From: Porphyridium purpureum | Lineage: Eukaryota | Assembly: GCA_008690995.1 (NCBI GenBank) | Contig: VRMN01000010.1 | Coordinates: 496,001-560,000 of the forward strand | Direction: 5' to 3' | Length of the DNA: 64,000 nucleotides | Shown here: piece after piece, positions 20,900 through 32,247 of the stretch | Numbering within the stretch: position 1 is the first letter of the stretch | How the letters are laid out: each line of letters opens with the position of its first letter | Notes under the pieces: generated by a model | What the model saw: the letters and a program-made list of their open reading frames with translations, nothing else | Told to the model about the DNA's origin: nothing | Database searches by the model: none | Program-made: the position numbers and the translations under genes

Positions 20900-22186
20900 A
20901 TGTTGACCGCAAACAACTACAACCAGAATGTCCACGTTGTGGACAAGTCGGCGCTCGTGGAGCCTGCGGCGGGCGCCGTCCAGCAGGCGCCCGCGATCAA
21001 GCAGAAGAAGGCCCCAGTGACGGCGCACTTTGGACGGTACCACAAGAAGATGGAGACCGACGTGATTGTCAAGGACGGCATTCTGCGGCAGTTCCGCCAC
21101 TACGCCAGGAGCGTGCTGCCGCAAGAGTCGCACCTGTCGAAGAACTATGTCGTGACAGACAGCATTGTGGACGAGCTGTACGGCGACATGGTGCTGTGCG
21201 AGATGCGCGCGGCCGGACTGAACGTGGACAAGCTGGTGATGCCGGCGGACGCGTGCGACGAGTCGGGCGAGTCGTCCGCCGAGATGCACAAGTCGCTGAG
21301 CACGCTGTCGTGGATGATTGACTCGATCCTGGACTCTGGCATTGACAAGCACTCGTGCATTGTGTCGCTGGGCGGCGGCGTGGTGAACAACCTGTGCGGG
21401 TTCCTGGCGAGCTCGCTGTACCGAGGCATTTCGCTGGTGCACATCACGACGACGATGATGGGCCAAGCCGACGCGGCGATCGACTTTAAGCAGGCAGTGA
21501 ACCACCCGCGCGGCAAGAACCTGGTGGGGTCCTATTACCCTGCGTGCAAGGTGGTGTGCGACCCGGCGACGCTGACGACGCTGTCGGACCGCCACCTGCT
21601 GAACGGGCTGTCCGAGTGCATCAAGCACGCGATCACGCAGTCGCCGGAAATGCTGGAGTTTATTCTGGCGGGGATCCACAACATGCGCGACACCAAATAC
21701 TTGGAGGCGGTGGTGCGCATGACGGTGGAGCACAAGGCGCCCACGCTCACGGACTACCACGCGTCCGACTTCAACGAGATGTGCCCGCAGTACGGACACG
21801 CAATTGGACACGCCGTGGAGCACCTGTCGTGGACACCTGGTTATGGGCCTGCGCTGCTGCACGGCGAGGCGATTGCGATCGGCATGTGCGTGTCTGCGGA
21901 AATTGCGTACATCATGGACCTGTGCGACGAGTCTGTGGTGGACAAGCACTACGAGATCTTTGAGAAGGCCGGGCTTCCAGTATACATTCCGTCCACAATG
22001 ACGCTCACCGAGGTGCTGGAGAAGCTGACATACGACAAGCACTACCTGCGATGCAAGCCGACCATGGGCCTTGTGACGCAGATCGGCAACATGCACCTGG
22101 ACGAGGAGAACAAGTGCTACGGCATCAAGATCGACGAAGAAATTTTGAATGCCGGTATGGAAGCCAACATTGAGCGTCGCCAATGA
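20900..22186 (+). CDS. Sugar-phosphate cyclase, DOI synthase-like, copy B
   Basis: 428 aa; differs from copy A at EYILAG/EFILAG and at a few silent sites. Confidence 0.85.
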   Translation: MLTANNYNQNVHVVDKSALVEPAAGAVQQAPAIKQKKAPVTAHFGRYHKKMETDVIVKDGILRQFRHYARSVLPQESHLSKNYVVTDSIVDELYGDMVLCEMRAAGLNVDKLVMPADACDESGESSAEMHKSLSTLSWMIDSILDSGIDKHSCIVSLGGGVVNNLCGFLASSLYRGISLVHITTTMMGQADAAIDFKQAVNHPRGKNLVGSYYPACKVVCDPATLTTLSDRHLLNGLSECIKHAITQSPEMLEFILAGIHNMRDTKYLEAVVRMTVEHKAPTLTDYHASDFNEMCPQYGHAIGHAVEHLSWTPGYGPALLHGEAIAIGMCVSAEIAYIMDLCDESVVDKHYEIFEKAGLPVYIPSTMTLTEVLEKLTYDKHYLRCKPTMGLVTQIGNMHLDEENKCYGIKIDEEILNAGMEANIERRQ

Positions 22187-22438
22187 TCTCTTTTCCACTA
22201 GTGTCCTTTTTGTGTTTTCTAATTTTATGTGCAACAATTATACAATACAATCAAAGTCATTATCCAATTATTCTGCTACTTATCCTTCAATCTTCCGCGT
22301 GATCATTTCCATCGTCTCCTAGATACAACTTACTCTCTTACCACCTCTGAATGCCTAACCGGTGTCCCACCTTGTCACACGCGCGTCCCACCGTCCAAAC
22401 CCTAACCCAATTTGTCACCGCTAGGAGTTCCGGAAAAA

Positions 22439-22500
22439 GTACAGCTGAAGTACAGCTTTGAATTGAGGGGGTGTACAGTGCAATTTTGAAGAGGTACAGT
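22439..22500 (+). promoter_or_regulatory. Cluster of four GTACAG(C/T) motifs upstream of cyclin H
   Basis: Copies at 22439, 22450, 22473 and 22494; the motif recurs upstream of several other genes. Confidence 0.5.
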
Positions 22501-22613
22501 TGGGCGACGAGTTCGAGCGCGTTGGAATTGGATGGGGTGGACGGAAGAGGAAGAAGCGGAGAAGAGAAGGTTGATGTGGCGTGGCAACGATCCCGCGGAA
22601 AGAGAGCAGGAGT

Positions 22614-23870
22614 ATGGCGTTGTACGGCGAGTCGACGCAGAAGCGGTGCTGGACATTTACTGCGGACGCGGTTCGTGAGCTGCGTTCGAGCGCGCGAGAG
22701 GTGGTCATTCATCGGGTGCTGTCGCAGCTCGAGGCTGGAAGTGACGCCGCTGCGGCGGTGGATGGTGGTGACGATCGTGATCGTGATGTGAAGATGCGGC
22801 ACAGAGAGTCGTTGGATGGGAATAGGTGTGTTGTTCTGGAAAAGGTGCTGACTGAACGCGAGGAGATGGCGCTTCGGTGGACGCACGAAATGCGCATTAT
22901 GAGAATCTGCAAGGCGTACAACCTGCCCACCGTCGTGGGGGCCACCGCAATAACTTATTTTAAACGCTTCTACTTGCGCGTCTCTGTGATGGAGTTTGCT
23001 CCGTTTGTTGTCGCGCTGTCAAGCTTGTACGCGGCACTGAAAGTGGAGGAAATTAACGTGGACGCCGCCAAGCTAGTCGAGTTTGTGTTGGAAAGAGAAC
23101 AGGAGTTCGAACTGCCGCAACTATTGCAGGGAAGCGTGCCACTCTCGGCTGACACAATTCTCAACGCAGAACTCACATTTTTGGAGCAAATCGATTTTCA
23201 TCTTATATGCTATCTTCCGTACAGCTCCTTGCGCACGGCGAAAAAAGAGCTCGAGGCCTTTGTGAAGAATGCTGGCGCCTGCGACAAATTGTGGAAGGCG
23301 GCGTACGACGTCTTTAACACAAGCGTGCTGTACAGCGATCTTATCTTGCTGTCGACACCGGGCAAAATCGCTCTAGCCTTGCTTTGGTTTTGTTCTTGCT
23401 TGCCGCACGTGCAGGAAGGGCTCGAAGATCTGGATTTGAACGGCGCGGTTCGCGCATTTTGCCGAAGCACACTGGAAAGATCGAGTGCTCTGTCTTCCGC
23501 GGCGTCCATGGCAGAGGATGCACTGTTGGCGAAAGAACAAGAGATTGAGCGCCTCGTTGCTGCAATCAACACTATTGACCGTGAAGATGTTGGAAATAGA
23601 ACTAGCAAGGAGGAGGCTTGGCGACTTGAAGTGAAGCGGTACGCGATTGAAAATAAGGAGAACAATCCACTGAGCGAGCAGTACCAACAAATGCGCTCCG
23701 ATGAAAAAACAAAACTTGACCACTTGCGCCGGGAAAAGCAAAAGAAGCAAAGGGAAAAGCGGGATCACGAATTTGCAGAGCTGCTGGGTGCCCCAGCACA
23801 TTCAATACCTGAGGCTACCGGCTCAGTGGACATGGATATCTCTGTCAAGAAGCGGAAAACATTGTTCTGA
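22614..23870 (+). CDS. CYCH: Cyclin H
   Basis: YGESTQKRCW N-terminus; ATAITYFKRFYLRVSVME; KVEE; ELTFLEQIDFHL cyclin box. Confidence 0.9.
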   Translation: MALYGESTQKRCWTFTADAVRELRSSAREVVIHRVLSQLEAGSDAAAAVDGGDDRDRDVKMRHRESLDGNRCVVLEKVLTEREEMALRWTHEMRIMRICKAYNLPTVVGATAITYFKRFYLRVSVMEFAPFVVALSSLYAALKVEEINVDAAKLVEFVLEREQEFELPQLLQGSVPLSADTILNAELTFLEQIDFHLICYLPYSSLRTAKKELEAFVKNAGACDKLWKAAYDVFNTSVLYSDLILLSTPGKIALALLWFCSCLPHVQEGLEDLDLNGAVRAFCRSTLERSSALSSAASMAEDALLAKEQEIERLVAAINTIDREDVGNRTSKEEAWRLEVKRYAIENKENNPLSEQYQQMRSDEKTKLDHLRREKQKKQREKRDHEFAELLGAPAHSIPEATGSVDMDISVKKRKTLF

Positions 23871-23946
23871 ACGCGCTGTACTTTTGTCTGTTCTTCGTCC
23901 TTTTCAATCATATTCTGAAAGGCTGTCGTGCAGGATTTCCCTAGAG

Positions 23947-25455
23947 CTATAATCTTTCTTCACTGCTCGATGGCTGGGCGTGCTTTGCGATGAACGGATG
24001 CCTCAGCACCTCGTGCAGTGGAAGCCTGCACTTAGGGACTTTTTGAAGAAGCTTCCCGATGAGGTCACGCGCACTATCCGACACGTGCGCAGGAAACGAG
24101 TATCGGACGCTCGCAATCAGACGGTATGTCTCGTGCTGCGTCTGTGCTTCAAAGGGCGGATGCCCCACAAGGAGCTCGTAGCAGAGCACGCCGAGCGACC
24201 ACAGGTCGACATTTGCGTCGTGATCCTGACCCATTACCATTTCCGGAGGCAGGTAGTCGAGAGTTCCGCAAAGCGTCTGCCTACGAGAGTTCGGAGCGTG
24301 CACCGACCAGCCAAAATCTGCGATCTTAAGTTGGCCGCTGGCATCCACGAGAAGGTTTTCTGGCTTGATGTCGCGATGGATCACATTTTTGCTGTGGCAG
24401 TGCTGCAGCGCATCTGCAAGCTGCCGGACATACTCAGCAGTCGTTGCCTCGTCAAAGCGACCTCGCTTCTGCAGCTCCTTGTACAATTCACCTCGCGCTG
24501 CAAACTCAAGGATCAAGAAAATTGAATTGCTATCATGCCACCAGCCTAGCAGACGGAGCACATTCTTGTGACGCAGCTGCGACTGGATCTCGATCTCGCG
24601 ACGCAGCTGGTGTTCCACGCCTGATCGTTCAAGCGCATTTTTGGTCAATACTTTGAGCGCACAGATATACTGCTTTTCTTTCTCGCGCGCCAAGTAAACG
24701 TTTCCGAACTTGCCCTTGCCCAGTGGTTTGCCCACGTCAAAATGATCGAGCGACCAACTCTTTCGCACAGGCTTGACCGTCGGCTGATCTTGTGGCGGAG
24801 TGAGCCCAGTCGTGTTTGTCGTCGGGCTGATTTGGCTTGGGACTGGTTTCTGAGTCGGAATCGTGTTTGATGGCTTTGACAGCGCTTGGGATTCTGGCTT
24901 CGAGTGGCGGTGTTCCCGCTCGACTTGTCTCATCGCTTGGGGCAATGTCATGCTCGGCTCCGGAACAACTTCAGACGCAACTTGACTTTTGCGCTTCGCT
25001 GGCAAATGATTCTGGCCCTGACCGTCATTCTGGTTTTGGATCTGGCCATTGTCGAGGTTCGCGTTTTGTTTTTTTTTCTGCTTTGGGCTCTGACTGAGGC
25101 TCGCGCCGCGATGGGAAGCTACTTGTCTTACAACCCTCCCAGGCGCGCCGCTACTCTTTTTGCTCGGAATATTCCCGTTACCGTTCTGTGCCGACAACGC
25201 CCCTTGTCCCGCAAGACCGTCGTGGTCATGCCGCAGATTCTCCTTTTCGGAGGACATTGAGCGAAGTGCCTGGGGCAGCTGATGCCGTGAGGCGCCAGGC
25301 CCTATCGCAGAAGCCAAACTAGTGCCCGAACCTGTCGCCGCCCGACTCATCGCAGAGGAACCTGACGTGTGTACCCTCATCGCTGCGGAGCCCGACCCAG
25401 TTCCACGCCGCGCACCACCCGCTAACCCACCCATGGACGACGAAGTTGCCGCCAT
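23947..25455 (-). CDS. AUR: Aurora kinase
   Basis: [66 protein letters not shown]. Confidence 0.95.
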   Translation of the reverse strand: MAATSSSMGGLAGGARRGTGSGSAAMRVHTSGSSAMSRAATGSGTSLASAIGPGASRHQLPQALRSMSSEKENLRHDHDGLAGQGALSAQNGNGNIPSKKSSGAPGRVVRQVASHRGASLSQSPKQKKKQNANLDNGQIQNQNDGQGQNHLPAKRKSQVASEVVPEPSMTLPQAMRQVEREHRHSKPESQALSKPSNTIPTQKPVPSQISPTTNTTGLTPPQDQPTVKPVRKSWSLDHFDVGKPLGKGKFGNVYLAREKEKQYICALKVLTKNALERSGVEHQLRREIEIQSQLRHKNVLRLLGWWHDSNSIFLILEFAARGELYKELQKRGRFDEATTAEYVRQLADALQHCHSKNVIHRDIKPENLLVDASGQLKIADFGWSVHAPNSRRQTLCGTLDYLPPEMVMGQDHDANVDLWSLGVLCYELLVGHPPFEAQTQHETYRLIASVRYSFPAHVSDSARDLIGKLLQKVPKCRLPLHEVLRHPFIAKHAQPSSSEERL

Positions 25456-25959
25456 GTTCACGACAGCGCCCAAGCGCGCTGCTACGTCTGGCCGTGAGGA
25501 TGCTGTCTCTCTTCTGTCAACACGAAGAGGTGCTGCTCTTCTCTTGTCTTGCACTGCGTGTCGAACTCGTTCTCCCTCTGCACCAGCTTTGCGTCTGTCC
25601 TCGTTCTTGCGGTTTCAAATTTTCAAAATTCGAGGTGGCGTCGCAACATAACTGTACACTATAAAAATAACATCAAATGATCACTTGATAAACTGTACCT
25701 CCACCGCTTCAAACGTTTGGATGACGCGCTTGAGCGTGAAAGAGGTTGCTGGAGATGGTGAGCAGCAGAGACCGAGCGGCGACGCGTGTCGCGTTCGCAC
25801 TGAATACATCGATGAGCAGCAGGTGAGCACACCCGCAAGACATGCGAGTTGAGCTGTACACCCGTTGTGATCATGTGTTGCGCGACATTCTTCTTAATGA
25901 TGTGCAGTGATTCCTGACAAAATGCGTTTTCGTGCCTATACTTTACATTCACAATTCGA

Positions 25960-26295
25960 TTAAATGCAGGCGCTGCAAGCAAAAGCCGCCGCCCGTCTTG
26001 CGCCAAATTTTCGCCTCATCTCGGCGACGATAAATAGCTCTGAACCCGGGTCTCTTGCTGAAATACTGCTTGGCGCGCTTCTCTGGCTTGCCGGTTTCGG
26101 CACTCGCGACGCGAGCGGCCGGGTCCCGACCGACTCGTTTGACTGTACGCAAGTCTGAGGGCATGCGCCACTCAAGTCAAGATCCAGCGGCATGTCGAGC
26201 AGCCCCGGCGAACTCGTCGCCCTGGTCTCCCGCCTCACTGGTAAGATGCTCGTGTCCGCCATCGACCCCATGCTCGCGCCCCGCAAAATACTCAT
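25960..26295 (-). CDS. Small LLDMPLDLDL/AEMRRKFG-family protein, member 1 (111 aa)
   Basis: GLLDMPLDLDLS, RPLASRVP and DPGSELFIVAEMRRKFG are shared with three other ORFs. Confidence 0.8.
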   Translation of the reverse strand: MSILRGASMGSMADTSILPVRRETRATSSPGLLDMPLDLDLSGACPQTCVQSNESVGTRPLASRVPKPASQRSAPSSISARDPGSELFIVAEMRRKFGARRAAAFACSACI

Positions 26296-27941
26296 TTCGT
26301 TTCGCCGTCTCTTTGATCTCCGTCCGTGTCTGTTGTATTGCTTCTTTTTCGTCTAGCTGCTCTTCTGTAAAGACGACCCTCGCTGTCCTTCCTTGTGCGG
26401 TTTGCGTTCCATCTCTCCTCATATACCCGTCCACCCTACTTGTGCTACGAGTTCGTACGCAATTCTTCGCACAAAAATTGTGCGTGTCAACAAGGGTGAC
26501 ATCACGCAAATGATGATGACGGACTTTGATATCACCTAAGCATATGCCATTGGCACCACTTGTTTCGGTGAATAGATTTAGTGAGTCGGTGAGATTTCGC
26601 GGATGTAGACGGCCAGCAACATGTGACTTTCCTGAGTCGGATCATGACAATGGCCACACGCACCGAAATCCTCTCCTGCCACCACCATCCCCGCCACTAC
26701 CACCCCTTCCCCTTCCACAGGTCTCAGTTGCTATTTGGCGAGCACACCACGTATCCTCGTCTCGCTTCATGCGTATCGAAAGAGACTCCCCTGTATCCGA
26801 CGTCACAAAACTCACTGCTCACGATCTGCGTCATCCTCACAAGCTCGTTCCATTGGGGAGCGTCCGCAATGCGCTTGCTCCCTCGAACCCCAGCTCGCTC
26901 CCCGACGCCCTCAGTTTCATCGACGAACTCTTCACGGCTGCGTCGGCCTGGTGCAACCAACTCGTTTCCTCACCATTTCATCACACGCGCCACTTGGCCA
27001 TCGGTCCAGAATCCATTTCCACCGAGCAATGCTTCCCCCTTCACAAGCACGCCCTCTGTCCCACCACCTACCAAAGCAGAGACAATCTTGTGTCGCATGT
27101 GCATATTGGAGACCGGCTTCCATCGCGCTTGCCGACCGTGCGCCGGAACTCGGTCCATGTCCTCCTCATCCTCGCGGCCATGGAAGAAGAATCCTCCCGT
27201 GTAAACCATGTCGCTCACAAACTCGACGGCGGTTGACAGTCACGTGATCAAGCGGTTTACAGCTGTCCGTTTACAGTTGCCTACAAGGCAGCGCGAGGAG
27301 AAAACCCGGTTAATTTGTTTGGCAGGGTGACAACGAACGACGTGCCTGCTCCTTCGGGCTCCTGACACTCGCGATGTAAACGCGTGTGTGTGTGTGTCAC
27401 TTTCGTGCTGCCCACATACACATCGACATCCATCTGCCTGGAACAAGGAAAGAGCGTTGCCAAGTTGAGGCACAAGAGGTTATGTTGGTGCGTCGATGAT
27501 CACATGCGCTTTACAGAGGTGGTGTCGGGTGGAGGACATGAGTGTGCGCCGAGCTACATGGTTCGCTGACGTGTAGTGGCTTGCAGCGGCGACCGCAGAG
27601 CTTGCGATTACAGTTTGTGGCTGCGGGTAAGATCATGGGCTCACGCACGTCATATCTTGCGTTTGGTGTCACCGCCATTGGGGAGCATCATGTGGTTTGG
27701 ACGACTGTAAAGGGTGCGCAGTCGCGTCAAGAGCCTCTTGTCCACGCAGCCAAGCTGACATGTGGTACGCTTCATGATAAGTTGGAGGTAGTAGGTAGTG
27801 GTGCGACGTCGAGGATAAAAGACTGTCCGCGCGACGCGTGACGGTGGCCTCACGTGAGTCCGTGCGCGTGAGTGCGATTGAGTGGTATGAAAAAGAAAGG
27901 CAGTCGATATTCTGTCCAGTCGAGTAGTGATTATTTGGGGA

Positions 27942-28397
27942 ATGAAGTCTGTGGAGATCGTCGCGAAAACGCAGAGGCCGTCCGAGAGTCAGCTGCCTGT
28001 GTTCCGTGTGGACATTGAGCTTGAGCGTCAACGGAGTGTGGACTCGCCGGTGCCGAAGAAGCAGGCGCGACACGACGACCTTGAATGTGCCGTCGCGTGC
28101 GACACGCAGCTCGAACATGGCATGGCAGGACTGCTTGATATGCCGCTTGACTTGGACTTGTCAGGCATCAATTACGACGCGACGGCGCGCCGAAATGCAG
28201 GAGTCTGCTCGCTATCTGCGCGGGTGCCCCGGTCACAGCCACAGCCGCAGCTGCGGATGCACAGTTTCGGCTTGAGGAGTCATTCATTCAGCAATCCAGC
28301 GTCGGAGCTCTTCATCATAGCAGAGATGAAGAGGAAGTTTGGCACTGATCGCACAGCCGTCTGCAGCTTGGCGGTCTGGAGCGATCGTTTGCTTTAG
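27942..28397 (+). CDS. Small LLDMPLDLDL/AEMRRKFG-family protein, member 2 (151 aa)
   Basis: GLLDMPLDLDLS, SLSARVP, NPASELFIIAEMKRKFG. Confidence 0.8.
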   Translation: MKSVEIVAKTQRPSESQLPVFRVDIELERQRSVDSPVPKKQARHDDLECAVACDTQLEHGMAGLLDMPLDLDLSGINYDATARRNAGVCSLSARVPRSQPQPQLRMHSFGLRSHSFSNPASELFIIAEMKRKFGTDRTAVCSLAVWSDRLL

Positions 28398-28986
28398 CTC
28401 GCTCTCGTGTATGCACGGTGCGGGAATTGTGTGTACGGACTAAAATGCGTATAAAACTGCAATCGAAGAATCATGCTTGTGACCTCTACCTGACTACACC
28501 GGCTGAAAGGAAAGAAAGCTCCGGTAAGGTAGTGCCCCAACCTCTTCCGAGAGCTAAATGTTAGCCTACCCGTTGTCTTGCACGCGCGGTCGCGCACGAA
28601 GTGCCCGCGTGTGCAAAAAAGGGTCCGATGCAATGTCATGGCATCACGCCTCGCGCAAGCTGGTTCTATTTAATGTCCGAATACGGCATCTGGAATGCCC
28701 AGCTCACACGGGAGATGATCAACACAGAGATGATGATCGTCGTGCATGCTAATCTGCAAACCTTGTAGAGCGATCCCGTCAACCACTTCTGCAGAAAGAG
28801 CATCGCTGCCCAGCGGAAATGAGATTGACGGCCAAGGCGAGGAAAGCCGTCCCACAACAAAGCGTGTGCTCACTTAAGGCTCGTCCCCGTATTTGAGAAG
28901 TCCATTTTCCTGTCTGCCTCAGCCGTACTGTTCCAAGATACAATAGACAATATTTACATGTTCGAGCTCCGACAGTATACATTCGA

Positions 28987-29955
28987 CTAGCGGGCCGAGC
29001 AGCACTGCCGCGTTTTCCTGCGATCACAGCCAAACTTACGCTCCATTTCGGCAATGATGAAGAAATCCGACGCCGCATTAATTCCTCGACCGCTGTGGAG
29101 ATGCAAGTTTGAGCTTTTTGGCACTCTCGACGAGAGCGAGCGCGCCTCTTTCGAGCGACGCACCACTTTCTCATACTTCATTTCTGATAGGTCGAGCTCC
29201 AAAGGCATGTCCAGTAAAACAGCACTTGACGAGGCGGGTCTGTCGCAGCCAGCACTGTGCGGCGCGATTCGCCCAGTTGGCGTCGCTGCGTGCTTCTTAT
29301 GTTCCGGCAACTGCCCGTCCATACTATGCGATCGCACACGTCGAGGTGTAAGCTCTGAATCCAGACTGAAGTGGAGCGGGAGGTCGAGCAGTGCTGACTT
29401 GTGCGGCGGCTCCTCAGCTGCTTGACTCGGAGAATCCATACGAAACCTGACCGCGGTGCATGAGAATGACCGATCACAAACGGCAGGGTGGGGCGGGATG
29501 CAAAGCACGGGGATCTGTGAGTGCTTCTCAGTCTTCCTTGTCGGACCGCCCGAGTTCCGTGTGCATGGCAAACCGGGTGCCAACTTTGAATTCAAGTCCA
29601 GCTCAAGGGGCGTGTCAAGGAGCGAATTCACTGGTGCTGGCTTTTCGACGGACGAGAAGCGCATGATTGCTTGCAGTTCCAAATCCAACGCGACTTTTGC
29701 CGCACCAGGCGCGAACGACCCGTCACAGCCTGCCGTGTGCGGCGCCACGCCTTTCTTCGGCCACACCACAGGGCCCTTCCTTGCGTCCACACTCCGTGCA
29801 CAAACATACGTCGCCTCTTCGCGTGACTCATCAAGCGCCACCTCCAAGTCGAGCTCCAGCGGCAAGTCAATCAAAGACACTGCCGGCGACACATTCTCAA
29901 GATTCAACTGTCTTATAAACCTCTTTCCAAGCTCGTCCTGACCCATCCTGTCCAT
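28987..29955 (-). CDS. Family member 3 (322 aa) with internally repeated LLDxPLxLDL units
   Basis: LIDLPLELDL, LLDTPLELDL, LLDLPLHFSL, LLDMPLELDL; PHxAxCD three times; RSLSSRVP; SDFFIIAEMERKFG. Confidence 0.85.
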   Translation of the reverse strand: MDRMGQDELGKRFIRQLNLENVSPAVSLIDLPLELDLEVALDESREEATYVCARSVDARKGPVVWPKKGVAPHTAGCDGSFAPGAAKVALDLELQAIMRFSSVEKPAPVNSLLDTPLELDLNSKLAPGLPCTRNSGGPTRKTEKHSQIPVLCIPPHPAVCDRSFSCTAVRFRMDSPSQAAEEPPHKSALLDLPLHFSLDSELTPRRVRSHSMDGQLPEHKKHAATPTGRIAPHSAGCDRPASSSAVLLDMPLELDLSEMKYEKVVRRSKEARSLSSRVPKSSNLHLHSGRGINAASDFFIIAEMERKFGCDRRKTRQCCSAR

Positions 29956-32247
29956 GCATCCACACCCTCACTTGCTGTTTACTCGTCCAACCTCGTTCGT
30001 CTTCCTCCTGCCCTCCTTTACCACGCCACTTCAACCCTCTTACGACCAGTCTCCCCTCTTTGTCTCTTAGTTCAAACCTGCACGTTGAACGTGAAACACG
30101 TCAATCACGACACTTGATACTCAAAGCTCCACGCCGACAACGCACACTGGGTGTCGCCTGCACCTTTCTGGTCTCGTCTTTCTCTTCCTCTCCTCTCTCT
30201 CTCTTTCCCTCCTCAACATATATCCCCACGCCTTCCTGTGTTTCGGTCGCATCCCGTTGCGGTCTTACCGCCTTTTCAGTCGCTTTTGCATTTGGCCCCA
30301 CTGACCAACTCGCCATTCAGCAGCAGCATACAGAAGAGCCGCACAAACTGTCTGGATGCGCGCAACAGGGGCATTGAGGCTGGCCTCCAAAAGGCATGCG
30401 CTCACTCTCCAACCATCAGCCAACATCTGCTCCACTCAAACGCCTATTTATTTGTTTCCTCGTCATTCGCTTCTTCAAACCAAAGTGCGTCACGCCGTAT
30501 CAGCACGCACGGGTGCATGGGGGTGGTGCATACAGACAGACGTTCGCGCCGCAGAAAAACAATCGGAAAAATTTAGATCCTGTTTACAGTGCTGTACCTG
30601 ACTCGTTTAAACACCACACGCGCCCCAGCCAAAACGACTGAAGCAGAGGAACGAGCTTTCTTGCGCGCGCGCCCGTTCCCGTAGAAAAGCGAGCAAGTGA
30701 ATTAAGACCCTTCCTTGTCGATATCTTCAAAAGCATAAAAAAGGATTATTGTTTGCCTTTTTGTAGTTGGGAGGAAAGGCAGGGAAGGAGGCTGGGGGCA
30801 GGACGCGCCGCAATTGTTCCGATCGTGCGTTCAAGCAGCTCGTAGAAAGTCCCATTATTTCGGTGGAGTGGTGTAAACTATAAGCTGGGAAATGGGTCGA
30901 TGTGCGAACGTGGCGGGTGGACGTGTCCTTTGGTCGGTATGGGTAAAAGCTTCTTAACAGCCGCTTGACGCTCTCAGGATCGCGTTGGGGAGGCGTATGT
31001 GCGTGTGGGGTTTTGGGATCGATGTTGGTTGATGGACGGATAGCTGGGGATGAGACACGTAGCGTGGGAGTTACTTGTTGCGTCGGAAAGGTGGGAGCCT
31101 GTGTGAGTGGGTGGCGAGTGAGGCGAATGGGACACAGGAGGCATGGTGGAAGCATGTGGGCAAGACTGGAGTAAAGATGGTTCGCTGCATATTCCACTGG
31201 TGAAGCGCGGGTCGCCGCGCGCGTCGTTCGCTTCAATTTATTCTTGGTCTCGGAAAGAGATGCCGAGACGCATGCCAAACATCCTCATTATGAGAACAGA
31301 ACGAAGAAAAGGCATAACATCCTGTTCTTGCGGCGGCGAATGGCACGTGGACATGTTTCGTGAATGCGCAGTTCTTTCGTGAGAGGGCTCTGCGCAAATA
31401 CAATGTTCGAGCGGAGGCTGCTGGCACGCCAATGCCGGTGGGCGCGTTATGTAAAGACAACTTCGGAACTTCTCGCGGGACTGCCCAAAAATTTCCAGGG
31501 TAAGCTTCATGAGCCGATTGGATGCCTTGGTGCGGATGATGTAGCGTGAAGGTGCGATACAACAGGATTCAGACTTTGATTTGACATTGATACCACCAAA
31601 TCTGTGCCCAGCACCGAGCCAGCCGCGCTGTTCTGGAATCGGCGCGAAGGGGCTGCCGCTAGAGATATGCAAGTTCTGCTAGAGGAGAGCGGAGTTGGCC
31701 GCATGATTAGTCTGCCGCCATTGGTATTTATTCGCGAAGGTCAGAGAATTTGATTTAGGGAGCACTTTCGATCTCGGCCCAGAAGCAAACGCGGAGCACA
31801 GTGATTCAAAAATGGCCTAGGATCGCGGCTTGTGAAGTGTTGCGAACCGCCTTCACCGAAATCAGTAGATGAGGGGCTGTCTAGATGAAGCCTATCCGCC
31901 TGGTGTTCACACCAAAAAGACCCCCATCGCGATGCTGAGATCAGTGGCAGCGCGATCTTCACATTCTTGTAGATCGCAGTCGCATGGCAAGTGCAAGCCA
32001 GCGTGAAACTCGAGAGAGCTTGTACGTCATTTAGCTTGTGATGCAAGTGGATCATAGAGCGAATGCGACAAGGTGTGAAAAGAGGCGAGATGGTACGCCT
32101 TTCTCCAGCAAGTCTATGCACAAAACTTAGCACCCTGTCGAATTCGGCAAATCAGTTTACGTAAAGTACTTTCGGACGATCCGGGCCATGGATCAACTGC
32201 AACGAGCGAGATCCTCCACTTGATTGCGACTCCAGCCTCATTCGAAA

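Larger units (their letters stand above)
18131..22210. repeat. Large inverted duplication: arms ~18131-19656 and ~20685-22210, ~1-kb unique spacer
   Basis: The arms are near-identical reverse complements covering TATA box, 5' leader, CDS and ~25 bp past the stop. Confidence 0.95.

Noticed and set aside
18155..22186. Calling the cyclases canonical DHQ synthase (aroB) or the mycosporine DDG synthase
   Set aside because: They lack the GGKT and RxxLNxGHT (DHQS) and GHTWSP (DDGS) signatures; no O-methyltransferase or ATP-grasp gene is nearby.
18158..22237. Long antisense ORFs (573 aa and 550 aa) opposite the cyclase genes
   Set aside because: Expected by-product of strong GC-ending codon bias; unnatural His/Arg/Val-rich composition.
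22397..22408. AAACCCTAACCC telomere/telo-box-like sequence
   Set aside because: Single short occurrence, compatible with chance.
26526..27247. Overlapping ORFs in all three + frames
   Set aside because: No recognisable motif and no family motifs; C-rich composition suppresses stop codons.
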